Notes: a model not told the origin generated them from the sequence alone. 64,000 nt of DNA from Heptranchias perlo (GCF_035084215.1 NC_090340.1:4836001-4900000), one strand, 5' to 3'; counted from the first letter of the stretch, positions 36,255 to 51,200 are shown. Program-made: numbers and translations.

Positions 36255-39200
36255 TATTGGACTTCAATGCAGGCAAATGTGACGTCATCTACTTTGGATC
36301 AAAAAAGGATAGGACAGGGTACTTTCGAAATGGTAAAAAAGTTAAAAACAGTGGATGTCCAAAGGGACATAGGGATTCAGGTACATAGATCATTGAAGTG
36401 TCATGAACAGGTGCAGAACATAATCAAGAAGACTAGACTACAAGGGGACAGAAGTTATGCTGCAGCTATACAAAACCCTGGTCACACCGCACCTGGAGTA
36501 CTGTGAGCAGTTCTGGGCACCGCATCTTCGGAAGGACATATTTGCTTTGGAGGGAGTGCAGCGTAGGTTTACTAGGATGATAACCGGACTTCAAGGGTTA
36601 CATTACGAGGAGAGATTACACAAATTGGGGTTGTATTCTCTGGAGTTTCGAAGATTAAGGGGTGATCTGATCGAAGTTTATAAGATATTAAGGGGAACGG
36701 GTAGGGTGGATAGAGAGAAACTAATTCGGCTGGTTGGGGATTCTAGGAGTAGGTAGCACAGTCTAAAAATTAGAGCCAGACCTTTCAGGAACGAGATTAG
36801 AAAACATTTCTACACAAAGGGTGGTAGAAGTTTAGAACTCTCTTCCGCAAACGGCAATTGATAATAGCTCAATTGCTAAATTTAAATCTGCGATAGATAG
36901 CTTTTTGGAAATCAAAGGTATTAACGGATATGGGCCAAAGGCAGGTATATGGAGTTGGATTTTTTTTTTATTCGTTCACGGGATGTGGGCGTCGCTGGCA
37001 AGGCCGGCATTTATTGCCCATCCCTAATTGCCCTTGAGAAGGTGGTGGTGAGCCGCCTTCTTGAACCGCTGCAGTCCGTGTGGTGACGGTTCTCCCACAG
37101 TGCTGTTAGGAAGGGAGTTCCAGGATTTTGACCCAGCGACAATGAAGGAACGGCGATATATTTCCAAGTCGGGATGGTGTGTGACTTGGAGGGGAACGTG
37201 CAGGTGGTGTTGTTCCCATGCGCCTGCTGCCCTTGTCCTTCTAGGTGGTAGAGGTCGCGGGTTTGGGAGGTGCTGTCGAAGAAGCCTTGGCGAGTTGCTG
37301 CACTGCATCCTGTGGATGATGCACACTGCAGCCACAGTGCGCCCGTGGTGAAGGGAGTGAATGTTTAGGGTGGTGGATGGGGTGCCAATCAAGCGGGCTG
37401 CTTTATCTTGGATGGTGTCGAGCTTCTTGAGTGTTGTTGGAGCTGCACTCATCCAGGCAAGTGGAGAATATTCCATCACACTCCTGACTTGTGCCTTGTA
37501 GATGGTGGAAAGGCTTTGGGGAGTCAGGAGGTGAGTCACTCGCCGCAGAATACCCAGCCTCTGACCTGCTCTCGTAGCCACAGTATTTATATGGCTGGTC
37601 CAGTTAAGTTTCTGGTCAATGGTGACCCCCAGGATGTTGATGGTGGGGGATTCGGCGATGGTAATGCCGTTGAATGTCAAGGGGAGGTGTTTAGACTCTC
37701 TCTTGTTGGAGATGGTCATTGCCTGGCACTTATCTGGTGCGAATGTTACTTGCCACTTATGAGACCAAGCCTGGATGTTGTCCAGGTCTTGCTGCATGCA
37801 GGCTCGGACTGCTTCATTATCTGAGGGGTTGCGAATGGAACTGAACACTGTGCAGTCATCAGCGAACATCCCCATTTCTGACCTTATGATGGAGGGAAGG
37901 TCATTGATGAAGCAGCTGAAGATGGTTGGGCCTAGGACACTGCCCTGAGGAACTCCTGCAGCAATGCCCTGGGGCTGAGATGCTTGGCCTCCAAAAACCA
38001 CTACCATCTTCCTTTGTGCTAGGTATGACTCCAGCCACTGGAGAGTTTTCCCCCTGATTCCCATTGACTTCAATTTTACTTGGACTCCTTGGTGCCACAC
38101 TCGGTCAAATGCTGCCTTGATGTCAAGGGCAGTCACTCTCACCTCACCTCTGGAATTCAGCTCTTTTGTCCATGTTTGGACCAAGGCTGTAATGAGGTCT
38201 GGAGCCGAGTGGTCCTGGCGGAACCCAAACTGAGCATCGGTGAGCAGGTTATTGGTGAGTAAGTGCCGCTTGATATCACTGTCGACGACACCTTCCATCA
38301 CTTTGCTGATGATTGAGAGTAGACTGATGGGGCGGTAGTTGGCCGGATTGGATTTGTCCTGCTTTTTGTGGACAGGATATACCTGGGCAATTTTCCACAT
38401 TGTCGGGTGGATGCCAGTGTTGTAGCTGTACTGGAACAGCTTGGCTAGAGGCGCAGCTAGTTCTGGAGCACAAGTCTTCAGCACTACAGCTGGGATGTTG
38501 TCGGGGCCCATAGCCTTTGCTGTATCCAGCGCACTCAGCCGTTTCTTGATATCACGTGGAATGAATCGAATTGGCCGAAGACTGGCTTCCGTGATGGTGG
38601 GGATATCGGGAGGAGGCTGAGATGGATTATCCACTCGGCACTTCTGGCTGAAGATGGTTGCAAACGCTTCAGCCTTGTTTTTTGCACTCACGTGCTGGAC
38701 TCCGCCATCATTGAGAATGGGGATGTTTGCAGAGCCTCCTCCTCCCGTTAGTTGTTTAATTGTCCACCACCATTCACGACTGGATGTGGCAGGACTGCAG
38801 AGCTTTGATCTGATCCGTTGGTTGTGGAATCGCTTAGCTCTGTCTATAGCATGTTGCTTCCGCTGTTTAGCATGCATGTTGTCCTGAGTTGTAGCTTCAC
38901 CAGGTTGGCACCTCATTTTTAGGTACACCTGGTGCTGCTCCTGGCATGCTCTTCTACACTCCTCATTGAACCAGGGTTGATCCCCTGGCTTGTTGGTAAT
39001 GGTAGAGTGAGGAATATGCCGGGCCATGAGGTTACAGATTGTGCTGGAATACAATTCTGCTGCTGCTGATGGCCCACAGCGCCTCATGGATGCCCAGTTT
39101 TGAGCTGCTCGATCTGTTCTGAATCTATCCCATTTAGCACGGTGGTAGTGCCACACAACACGTTGGATGGTGTCCTCAGTGCGAAGACGGGATTTCATCT

Positions 39201-39470
39201 CCACGAGGACTGTGCGGTGGTCACTCCTACCAATACTGTCATGGACAGATGCATTTGCGACAGGTAGATTGGTGAGGACGAGGTCAAGTAAGTTTTTCCC
39301 TCGTGTTGGTTCGCTCACCACCTGCCGCAGGCCCAGTCTAGCAGCTATGTCCTTCAGAAATAAAAGTAAAAATTATTGCCATCACAGATCAGCCATGATC
39401 TTAACAAATGGTGGAGCAGGCACGAGGGTTTGAATGGCCTACTCCTGTTCCTATGTTCCTATATTCCTAT
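36255..39470 (+). mobile_element. CR1 3' part (same subfamily as 24160-25672), split by a family B insertion at 36961-39380
   Basis: ORF 36457-36756; host 3' UTR ggagttggat...cacagatcagccatg resumes after the insert. Confidence 0.9.
36961..39357 (-). mobile_element. LINE family B (CR1-group), 5'-truncated, uninterrupted 765-aa ORF (endonuclease C-terminus plus RT)
   Basis: [45 protein letters not shown] and MFADD motifs; poly(A) tail. Confidence 0.97.
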
Positions 39471-41741
39471 GCAGTCCCTTCCTCTTACTTTCCTTGGTAG
39501 AATATGCGTTTGGTTTGAAAAGTGAACTTTTGATTTTGAAAGAAATCAAATTAGAATGAGAAAAGTCATTGGTTGTCTGCATCTCTCTCTCTCTCTCTGT
39601 CTCTGGCAATAATTTTAACTTTTATTTCTTGGCAAAAAATGAATGGTCGTGAATCGGCAGCCCGTTTTTCACCTCGTCCGATTTTCTGCCACTTTGCTCT
39701 TTTTTGCAGGTGATGAAGGTTATTCTGCGCACCTGGGACTCACTTGTGTTAGCAAGTAGAATTTCTGTCTTGCCTCTGTGAGAAATTAGCACTTACTTTA
39801 ATGCCTGTCAAGAAAACATGAGCCACAGATAAGACAATTAGATGACTCAAAATTGAATTCGGTAATTTTTTGAAAAAGATTGAATTAATATTAACATGAA
39901 GACTGAATTTAACCCTGTCTTTTGTCCTTCCCCTACCTCTCGCTGTCTCGTTTGCCTTTTCTCTCTCAATCTCACTATCTGTTCCTCAGCTTAATATACT
40001 TTCTAAACTTCATGGAAGACGAAACAAAAACTATTACCGGTGTGCAATCATACTACTTGTGTAATATTCTCTCTCACACAGTCACAAACAAACAAAACAG
40101 GTCAGTTTTTTCTTCAGCGCTGAATATAACCTTTTTCAGAGAAAATATTGTAACATTTAGCCTTTTTTGAGGATTAATCAACAGTTGACTAAATGATACT
40201 GACACACTGCATGTGCTCAGACTGCATAACCCAAGTTCAGCTCAGAAAGTGACAGCGTTGGGAAAATTATCAGGTCCATATTTAGACTTTTGAGGGAGGC
40301 TGAAGCATTTAAGTAATATCTTAATGAAAGAAATCAAAGTTAGAAAGGACAATTCAATGGATGAATTTATCATGCTATTAAATATATAATCATTTGAATG
40401 TTCGATCTTCTATACTCTCTTATTTTGCACATTAGCTATTACAACTGCTGCACAAAAAATTGCAGATCAAAAGTCTTCCGCTGAAACATGTTGACAAATA
40501 CATTTGAGTGGATGCTGTGCAAAATTATTTGGTGATCAGCCTGCTATTACGGGGTCATGTTTACATCGGGAAAACCCCAGTTTCCGCGGCCCATCCCCAG
40601 AAATTATGGCGGACGTTCGGGCGAAGTCCGTGTAAATTAATCTCATTGCAATTCTAGATATAGGAACAGGTAGTGCTGAAGAGTTGACAAAAAATGTGAC
40701 AAAATATGGCAACAGCAAGTAAGGCTTTTATTTGACAGGAAGTACACAAGACATGAAAGTCGTGAATTTCTTTTGGTGCTGCCCCCATCTACTGCTGTAA
40801 CTTCGGCGGGAAATCAGCAGAACCGGGGAGACGGTCAAAAACAGCCCTTGTCAGCCCTTTTCATCCACTTTTCTCCAAATGTTCCACCAATCTCCCATCG
40901 ATGTTTGAGCACCAGACCGGGCCAAATCCCTCAGAAATCCATGGCCAACATTTTAATCAAGAAACTGAATAAAAGGCTGAAGTCACTGAATAGTTAAACG
41001 ATTAACAATTGATTACAATAACTGTTATTCATACCTTCTCATTAAGTGAAGTGTTTCATTTGTGTTGTTTCGATTTTTACCAGTGATGGTGAAAGATTTC
41101 ACTCTTTCTGGCGGTGTATTGCCGGGGTGTATTCCTGCAACTTTAATTAAATTTATAACAGAAGTGCCTATCAACAGGCAAATTTAAGACTGCGTTTATC
41201 AATAATGTTGGTAAAACTTCTAGTGCGAATAATTCAGCCATGCTACAAAAATTCGGCGCGAATAATATACACACCGCCAAAATCATTTTGTTATATATGC
41301 TGTAATTCTGGAACATGGTTAAATTACAGTTAAGGAAATGTTTCTATGCAACTGAAACGTTTCCCTCATTTGCACAGTAATGAAAATAAAATAAATAAAT
41401 ACATCTGTTACCAGCCTTCACGAACGATGCCAGCGTCCTGAAGGGTTTAAACAATAATCCCAGTTTCCTGGATGGCCTGGTCGTTAAACGCATCGTCCCG
41501 CAAAGCGCTGAATACAAAAGGGCAGCATTGTCGTGCTAGGTTGTCCCGCTCATCCGCTTGAACTTTGGCGAACAATTCCGGAATCCTCGAACAAACGGCC
41601 TAAACTGCCGCGGAAGTTGTAGGCCATAGGACCTAAATTAGCGGGGAAGAGGAAGGGGGGACTCCGTCCAGAGATTCGTAAAATCGCCGCGCAATTTAAG
41701 AACCAAACAGGTCAAAAAGTCAAAGGTTAGTGGATTTCCCG

Positions 41742-42160
41742 TATGTAGGATATGGACGTCAATGGCAAAGCCCGGCATTTACTGCCCATTCCTCGTTGCC
41801 CTTGCGAATGTGGTTGTAGGCCGCCTTTGTAACAGTTTGATAAAACAGAATGGCTTTCGAAGCCGCTTCAGCGGCAGTTAAGAGTCAATTACGTTTGTGT
41901 GGGACTGGAGTCGCATATAGGCCAGACTGGGGAAGGACAATTGGTTTCCTTCCATACAGGACAGTAGTTACCAGTTCAGTTTTCAGGACAACCAGACAGC
42001 TTCATGTTCGCTTTTACTGATACCAGTTTTTTATTTAATATTTTTTAAAGTAAACTCAATTCGCAAACTACCGCGGTGGTATCTGAACTCTCGTTCTCTG
42101 CATTATTAGTCCAGGTCTCTGGATTACTGGACCAGTATCATAGTCACTGCACTGCAATCG
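41742..42160 (-). mobile_element. tRNA-headed SINE sharing the 5' region and 3' tail of LINE family B
   Basis: 41840-42120 aligns with 11025-11334; 41745-41830 aligns with the family B 3' tail. Confidence 0.75.
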
Positions 42161-42509
42161 CTGGTGTATTTGATTTTATTCCTCCTCCTAAAAGGCATTA
42201 CCCCATATAACTCCTAATTATAATGAGGTCCTGCGGTTAAATCCTGCAGGACCCCCGTGTCCTCGGCCTTACTGGGTTTCCCCGCACTAATGTGATCCCC
42301 CACAACCTCTTCACCTCCCCATAAATACCGGGGCCGAGAACTGTACGGTGGACATTCCATTTCTATATCCTGGAATCTGCTCGCAGTAGAACGGTACATT
42401 GCCAGCCCAAGCTTAAGCTCGTAAGAGCGGTGCATCTGCTTAAGTGAGGACAAGCAAACACTGTTGGGAAAAGCGTGAACTATAACCTTTATTGATCTGT
42501 TTTTTGATC

Positions 42510-45470
42510 ATAGACTCATAGATTCCTAGAATCATAAAATGATACCTCACGGAAGGAGGCCATTCGGCCCGTTGTGCCTCTGCTGGCTCTTTGAAAGAGC
42601 TGTCATATTTTTCCCCATAACCCTGCAAATTAATCCTCTTCAACCACATGTCCAATTGCCGTTTGAAAGTTCTTATAGAATTTGCTTCCACCACCCTTTC
42701 AGGTAGTGCCTTCCAGGTCTTAACAACCTTATGTGTGAAAAAAAAATTGTGCTCATTTCCCCTCTAGTTCTTTTGCCAGTTATTTTAAATCTATGACCTT
42801 TGGTTGCTGACCCACTTGCCAGAGGAAACAGTTTCTCCCTATTTGCTCCATCGAAACCCCTCATTGTTTTCAATACCACTGTTAGGTCTCCCCTTAACCT
42901 TCTCTGCTCTAAGCCAAAAAATCGCAGCTTCTCCAGTCACTCCAGATAACTGAAGTCCCTCATCCCTGGTATCATCCTGGTCAGTTAGCCTGACATCAGT
43001 GATATGGAAAATGCTAGAATCTATTATTAAGGCTGTAGTAACAGGGCACTTATAAAATCATAATATGATTAAGCAGGTTTTATGAAACAAAAATTATGTT
43101 TGACAAAACTATTAGAGTTTTTTGAAGGTGTAACTAGCAGGGTAGATAAGGGGGAAACAGTGGATGTAGTATATTTGGATTTTCAAAAGGCATTCGATAA
43201 GGTGCCACACAAGAGATTGTTACACAAGATTAGGACTCATGGGCTTGGGGGTAATATATTAGCATGTATTGAGGATTGATTAATGGACAAAAAACAGAGA
43301 GTAGGAATAAATGGGTAATTTTCGGGTTGGCAGGTTATAACTAGTGGGGTGCCACAAGGATCAGTGCTTGGGCCTCAGCTGTTTACAATATATATCAATG
43401 AATTAGATGAGGGGACCGAGAGTAATGTATCAAGTTTGCTGATGATACAAAGCGAGGTGGGAAAGTAAGCTATGAGGAGGACACAAAGAGGCTGCAAAGG
43501 GATATAGACAGGTTAAGTGATTGGGCGTGCGAGTGGCAGATGGAATATAATGTGGGGAAATGTGAAATTATCCAATTTGGTAGGAAGAATAGAAAAGCAG
43601 AATATTTTTTAAAGATGAGAGACTAAGAAATGTTGGTGTTCAGAGGGATTTGGGAGTCTTTGTGCACGGAACACGGAAAGTTAACATGAAGGTGCAGCAA
43701 GCAGTTAGGAAGGCAAATGTTATGCTAGCCTTTATTGCAAGGGGGTTGAAGTATAAGACTGAGGAGGTCTTGCTGCAATTATATAGGGCTCTGATGAGAC
43801 CACACCTGGAGTACTGTGTACAGTTTTGGTCTCATTATTTAAGGAAGGATATAATTGCCTTAGAGGGATGCAACGAAGATTCACTAGATAATTCCTGGAA
43901 TGAGCGGATTGTACTATGAAGAGAGGTTGAGTAGAATAGGCCTATATTCTCTGGAGTTCAGAAAAATGACAAGTGATCTCATTGAAACATATATAATTTT
44001 GAGAGGGCTTGACAGGGTAGATGCCGAGAGGCTGTTTCCCCTGGCAGGAGGGCCTAGAACTATGGGGCATAGTCTAAGGATAAAGGTTTGGCCATTTAGG
44101 ATTGAAATGAGTCCTAAATGGCCTACCCCTTATACTTAGACTATGTCCCCTAATTCTAGACCCTCCTGCAAGGGGAAACAGCCTCTCGGCATCTACCTCA
44201 GCATCTACCCTGTCAATGGTCGTGTCTAACCAACCTAGTTGAAATTTTTGAGGAGGTAACTAGCGTGGTAGATAAGTGAGTGTCTATGGATGTTATTTAT
44301 ATGTAGTTCCAGAAGGCAATTGATAAGGTTCCACCTAAGAGACGGTTAACAAAAAGGAGAATGCTTACAATTAGTGACAACTTATTGGCTTGGATAGCGA
44401 ATTGGTTAGGAGTTAGGAGACAGAGAGTAGGGGTAATAGGTATGTACTCAGAGTGACAGGATGTGACTTGTGGTGTCCCTCAGGGATCTGTACTGGGGCC
44501 CCAGCTTTTCGCTATATTTATCAATGACTTGGAAGAAGGAATAGAAAGCCGTAGATCTAAGTTTGCTGATGATGCTAAGTTAGGTGGCACAGCAACTAAT
44601 GCAGATGGGAGCAGATAGTTGCAAAGGGACATTGATAGATTAGGTGAGTGGGAAAAACTGTGGCAGATGGAGTTCAATGTGGGAAACTGTAAGTTCATCC
44701 ACTTTGGACCTAAGAAAGATGGATCAGTGTATTTTCTAAATAGAGAAAACCCAGGAACTGTAGATAAGCAGAGAGATTTATGGGTCCATGTACAGAAATC
44801 ACTAAAATCAAGTGGAAAATACAAAAAAAAATAAAAAGGCAAATTGAATGTTAGCCTTGATTGCAAGAGGGCTGGAATACAAAGGGGTTGAAGTTATATT
44901 ACAGCTGCACAGAGCTCTGGTTAGATCCCATTTGGAGAACTACCTTCAGTTCAGGGCACCGCACCTCAGGAATGATATGTTGGCCTTGCAGGGGGTGCAG
45001 CGCAGATTCAGCAGAATGATACTGGGTCTAAAGGGGTTCAATTATGAGAACAGGTTACATCGACTCGGCTTGTATTCCCTTCAAAATAGAAAATTAAAGG
45101 GTGATCTAATTGAGGTGTTTGTGTTAACTAAATAATTTGATAGGGCAGAGAGAAATTATTTCCTCTGGTGGAGGAATCCAGAACAAGGGGGCTTAATCTT
45201 AAAGTTTGAGCTAGGCTGTTCAGTGGTGATGTCAGGAAGCAGTTCTTCACACAAAGGGCAGTGGAAATCTGGAACTCTCTGCTCCAAAAAGCTACTGTGG
45301 CTGCATCAATAAAAAATGCAAACATGAGATTGATAGAGTTTTGTTAGGCCAGGGCATTGAGGGTCACAGAACCAAGGCAGGTGGTGAATTTAAGGTACAG
45401 ATCAGCCATGATCTAATTGAATGGTTGAACAGGCTCGAGGGGTTGGATGGTCTACTCCTGTTCCTATGTT
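42510..45470. mobile_element. Patchwork of CR1 fragments: (-) 42510-42985, (+) 42983-44111, (-) 44112-44216, (+) 44217-45470
   Basis: RT ORFs 43082-43279, 43650-44139, 44619-45135; CR1 3' UTR tails. Confidence 0.88.
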
Positions 45471-48234
45471 CAAGACGCTCCTTAAAACCTACCTCTTTGA
45501 CCAAGCTAGTGGTCACCTGTCTGAATATCTGCTTATGTGGCTCGGTGTCAAATTGTGTCCGGTAATCGCTTCTGTGAAGTGCCTTGGGACCTTTTATTAC
45601 GTTAAAGGCGCTATGTTAATGCAAGTTGTTGTATCACTGTATTGTCCATCAATCCGTTAGTGAATTTAATTTGCTGTCAATTAGCTCTCCACATCAGCAA
45701 GTCAAGGTATTCCCAAATGAAGTTCCTTGCCAAGTATCATAACCTTTTGTGTTACTTGTGATGTCAGATGGTTAGGTAAAGGGCGTTGCCTGAGTCCTAT
45801 GGACAATATGGAAAGAAGTCTTACAATATCTCAACAGCTTTGATGACTAGGAAATAAGAAACTTTGCAGATATCTTGGAGGAATATGAGCAGTCCGAATT
45901 TACCTTCTTATCAGGCACTTTTTGCACCTTTAACAACTCAATATTAACCCCTGGTGAAGTCAAATAATTCTACCAAAACTGAGCCACCGTGAGCAAGCTT
46001 TCAAAAATCAGTCTTAACTGTTTCAGAGTGATGTCCCTTCAAGAGAGATTCTCCACTTCCCAAGATTCCCAGCGGGTGTTCGGAACATAGGAATATAAGA
46101 ACAGGAGTAGGCCATTCAGCCCCTCGTGCCTGCTCCGCCATTTGATAAGACCATGGATGATCTGTGATATAACTCCAGATACCTGTCTTTGGTCCCTTAA
46201 TACCTTTGGTTGTCAAAAAGCTATCTATTTCAATTTAAATTTAGGTGTTAGCAATGGAGAACCGTACTATGCAGTTTTTTTTGTATTTTTTTACTACACA
46301 TCCTGCCCAATAGGTTTCAAGTGAGGCTTTGAGAATATTTCACATCAATGAGCCTGCACTGCTTGCCGTCACCCTTTCTCACTGGAGCCTAATGACAACT
46401 GCAACTAAAAAGTAAAAGCAATTATTTGTTTGAAGAGAGTCAAAGTTCAACTGGAACATATTCACCAGTCAGCCAGTTATTTTTTTTAAGTAGAAACAGA
46501 ACAGGCAGCAAATGAAGAATTCTGGGGTGAGCCAATGGAGACACATCTTGGGAGGGTTGTCCCAATTGTTTGCCATAGCTTCGGCAGAAGATCTGTGAAA
46601 TTCCAGGTGAAATGACATAAATGACACCACCCATCCGGCTTTACTGCATATCGTCCACAAAACATTCAATGGACAATGTGAGCACCTCCATGGAAATTCA
46701 ACCCATAATATCGAACTCCCAAATATCTTGCAATTGCCAGGGATACACTGTTTAACTTCACCTGTCCCCACTGTGTACAGAACAAGTTCAAGTGGCTGAG
46801 TGGGCAGTTCACCTCTTGGGCTATTGTTTTGATGTTGAACTTAGACTGGCAGACTGGGAGACTCTGAGGCCATGGGGTTCTGCATGTGACTCAGGTTGGC
46901 TGTGTTTAATCACTACTGGTTTAGCTAACCTGAACTCTCCATTTTCATAACCCACAATCCAACATATCTCCATGCGGGGGCGGGGGAGGGTTGATTTTCC
47001 TCAAGGGTTGGATTGCCACCAGGAGTGTGTCAAGACCTCAAACAGACTGGTATGACCCTGCTGCAAATCGGTACAATTTTCCTGGGTCATGGTCAATTAA
47101 GCATGCAGGGCGAACTGCCAGTGGTATTTCTGCTCTTGGGTAAATTCACCACTGAGGATAAGAGAAATATATTTTTGCTGCAGTGGGGCGCTCACTACAG
47201 CAGCTGAAATGCATGGGCGTCAATGTTAAAGGAGGCAGAAATGTGCTGGCAGAACATTTCTAATCGACTCTAAATAAGCACAGCCACAAAATAACCAGCA
47301 GTTTGAGGGGTCAGGGGAAGGATCAGCGGGAAGAACCATTGCCAACTCTCTCCACAGGCCTCCCACTGCCTCCTTACTACTGGCCTTCTTCTCCATCAAT
47401 TTTAGGAAAGTGAGAAATGAGGGAATATTCCCACCGAGTACAAAGCCCTGTCCCTTCCCCATTATTCGTTTACAGTAGGATGGGCAATGAGCGCTTTCAA
47501 CAGTAGCAGTGAGATGCTGCAGGAAAATCTCAGTCCCCAATTTTAGGGAAGGGATTAAATGTGAATCCTCCCTACCCCATTTTCCTCAATGATCTGCCCA
47601 AGGACAACCAACTATTGGGCGTAAATACAGATGAATTTCCTCACCCTTCAGATTTCCTTCTCTCCACCTCTCAGTGATGGTCAGTACACGTGTAGAGAAC
47701 TATTTTACCTCCTTCAGTCTTTCCTTCTTCCTAAGATCTTTAAATTTGTAAAACCCAACTTGGTGTCAACTAATGACTATTGCCTGATTAGCCCCATCTT
47801 CCTTTCTGCTTTTTCGTAAACTTCACTATTGGCCTTGACCGTTCATTTACATTTCTCATTTGTTTAAAAATAAATTGAGCTTTTTTTTGTACTGATGATG
47901 TAAACTGTAGCCAGGGCAATCGTGCTGATATCATTGTTTCCTTTCATTATGTTAATGAGCGATATTGGTGTCCCTCACACATGAGTGACAATGCGGTCAA
48001 GTTTTAACTTGCCACACAGATGTAGAACTGGCATTGAAGATCGGCCACCCGATACATCCAATGAATGGAAATTAAAATCAGGCAGTTCCTATCATGGGCT
48101 GCCAATCTGCAATGCCAGCTTTTTTTGCCAGGGCAGCAAATTGAAAATCTACTCCAACTGCTTTCGTTATACTCCGCACTTCTGTGGTGTAATTAGATGA
48201 TATCACACACCATAGTAACCAGCCCTGTTCAGTA

Positions 48235-51200
48235 ATCATAAAATGATACAGCACAGAAGGAAGCCATTCGGCCCATCGTGCCTGTGCCAGCTCTTTGAAA
48301 GAGCCAGCCAATTATTATTTTCTCCATCAAGTGTTTATTCAATTCTCTTTTGAAATTTATTATTGAATTTGCTTCCAGCACCTTTTAACACAGTTCATTC
48401 CAGATCATAATAACTCGCTGCCTAAGAAAAAATCTTTCCTCATCTCGCCTCTGGTTATTTTGCTAATGTTCTTCAATCTGTATACTTCTGTTACTGACCC
48501 TTCTGCAAGCAGAAACAATTTCTCCCTAACTTAAATCTGTGTCCTCTGGTTACTGACCCTCCTGGTAGTGGAAACAATTGTTCCCTCTCCACTCTATCAA
48601 TAGCTCTCATAATTTTGAGCATTTCTATTAAACCTCCCCCTAACATTCTCTGCTCTAAGGAGAACAACCCCTGCTTATCTAGACGCTCCAACCCTACTCA
48701 CTGTTTACTGTTTTATAGCCAGCTTGCTATCCATTCTGCCACCTGTCCCCTGACTCCACATGCTCTGACCTTAGTCATGAATCTACTGTGCGGTACCTTA
48801 TCAAAGGCCTTTGCAAAATCCAAATATATTACATCTACTGCATTACCCTTATCTACTCTGTTACTTCTTCAATGAATTCAACAAAATAGGTCAAGCATGA
48901 CCTTCGCTTTTGAAATCCGTGCTGACTGCACTTTATTGTATATTAGGTTTCTAGATATTTTTCTGTTAAATCTTTGAGTAAAAATTTCATTGGGTGGGAT
49001 TTTGCTGAGAGTGGCAAACGAACGGTGCCCACCGTTTGCTGGACTTGCACTTGCCCGTAGATTTTATATGAGCTGTTGCATGACAACTTCCTCTAAATTA
49101 GAGAACCAAGAAGCGTGGCGCCCTCTACAGGTCATCTGGAACCTGTGTGAACATGGCCAGCAGCGGTGTGTCTCCGAACGATTCAGATTCAAACATCGTT
49201 AATAAGCTGCACAGAGACTGAACCAGGAAGTGTAAGTTAGAATAGTGAATTCTATGTCAAATCAGGTACAGAGCGCGAAATAAAGACAGGGTAATGAAGA
49301 ATTAATTATTAGGCAGAGATAAAAGAGACAAAAGAAAGTAAAAAAATAAAAATGTCTTCAACTTTTTTTAAAATGTCCATCAACAATTAAAATCTGAAGG
49401 AATAAGACTCCACACTTGTAAAAAAAATCATTTTCATTGTCAGAGAGTTTATTTGACAGTAATTAAGACTTATCACGCCGTTAAAACTGTATTTATATCA
49501 AATTGGACGAGCCCTAACTTTTTTCTGGCGAGATTAGTTCATATCTACGATGCCAGTGCAGGAACTTCACGCTGTTCCACTCATTTGAATGGGGAGCCAG
49601 ACAGCGAGATGCCATTTTCGTGGAGCTCAGAGGGGAGGATTGCATCTTGGACATCAACTTCCGGATTTCCATGTTTACCTGCGCATGTGTGCTCGCCGGA
49701 AGTTGCTGTATGATTTGCACTGAAATAATGGTGAGCGCTGTAAGCCTCACCGTTACTTTTACAGCAAAATATGGCCCAATATCTTTCCTATCACCAACAT
49801 TAAGATAAATGGTCTATAGTTCCCTGGAATTCTTCTTTCTCTCTTTTTAAATATAGGAATAACATTAGCTGTCCGCCAGTCCTCTGGAACTATTCCCTTT
49901 TCTAATGAACTTTTAGATAGATGTAATAGTGCCTTTGTGATCTCTTCCCTAACTTCTTTTAATATGCACGGATGCAATCCATCCGGACCAGGGGTTTTAT
50001 CCTCTCTAAGTTTGATTAGTTTCTCAATTATCTCCCCCTTTCTGCCTTAAATTTCTTTATACATGTTTGATCTCTTCTTCTAATTTCATGTACAACTTAT
50101 TAGTCTCCCTGGTAAATACTGAGGCAAAGTAACGATTCAATATTTCTGCCATTTCGCTGTCATTACCTGTGAGTTCATCTTGTGCATCCCCTAGTGGCCC
50201 TATCCCTATCCTGATATTTATTTTGTTATTTATGTATCTCTCGAACACTTTATTTCTTTGTATAATCCTTGGTAATTTAACTTCACAGTTCCTCTTTGCT
50301 TTCCTAATTGCTTTATTGATTTCTTTCCTAAACTTTTCGTATTCCCTTTTGTCATCCTCTCCTTTATTGTCTGTGTATTTAATGTATGAGTTTTTCTTTA
50401 GTTTCAATTTTACCCTCATCTCTTTATTCATCCTTGGTGTTTCCTTATTGGCTAGTTTGTTCTTGTTTGTTTAGCGGAATATGTTTTCCTACACTCTATT
50501 GATCAGCTTTTTAAATAAATCCTACTCCTGTTCTATCTCTTAATCATAAAAATTCCCAGTTTACTTTCCCTAGTTCCATTCTCATCCCCTCAAAATTAGC
50601 TTTTTTTCCCCAATCTGTTACTGTGGTCTTTGCTTAGTTATGTCTTTTTCAATCTTTTTCTTAAACATTATGTTGTGATCACTGTTGCCTCGACTTTTCC
50701 CTACACTTCACTTATCTGCTCTGGTTCACTTCCAATTACTCGATCCAACAGTGATTCTTCTCTTGTTGGGCCTCTTATATACTGGGTAAGAAAGGAGTCC
50801 TGAACATACTGTAAAGACTCCATTCCATTTTCCCCTTATGGTACTTTTTACCAATTTATTTGGGAGTAGTTGAAATCTCCCATGATTATTATTCTATGCC
50901 TGTTTCCGAATTTCATAGATTTACCAAGAAATACAAAGCAAGATGTAAAATTTGGGGTGCTCTTATTGAAAAAGAGAAGATTAAAGAATGATTTGAAAAT
51001 GATGAACTCAATGAAGGGATTGAACAGACTATGTAGATACAAAGGGGGTGAAATTGGTCTTGGGCCTTAGTGCAGAATGGGTGATAGTGACTTAGCAGCC
51101 CATTTAAACGCTGTTCCATTGGCTTTTCTGTTGACTTCAAACGTTTTGCGCTACTGTGCAAGAATAATTTCACCCACAACTCATTCTAGTGATTGAGGGG

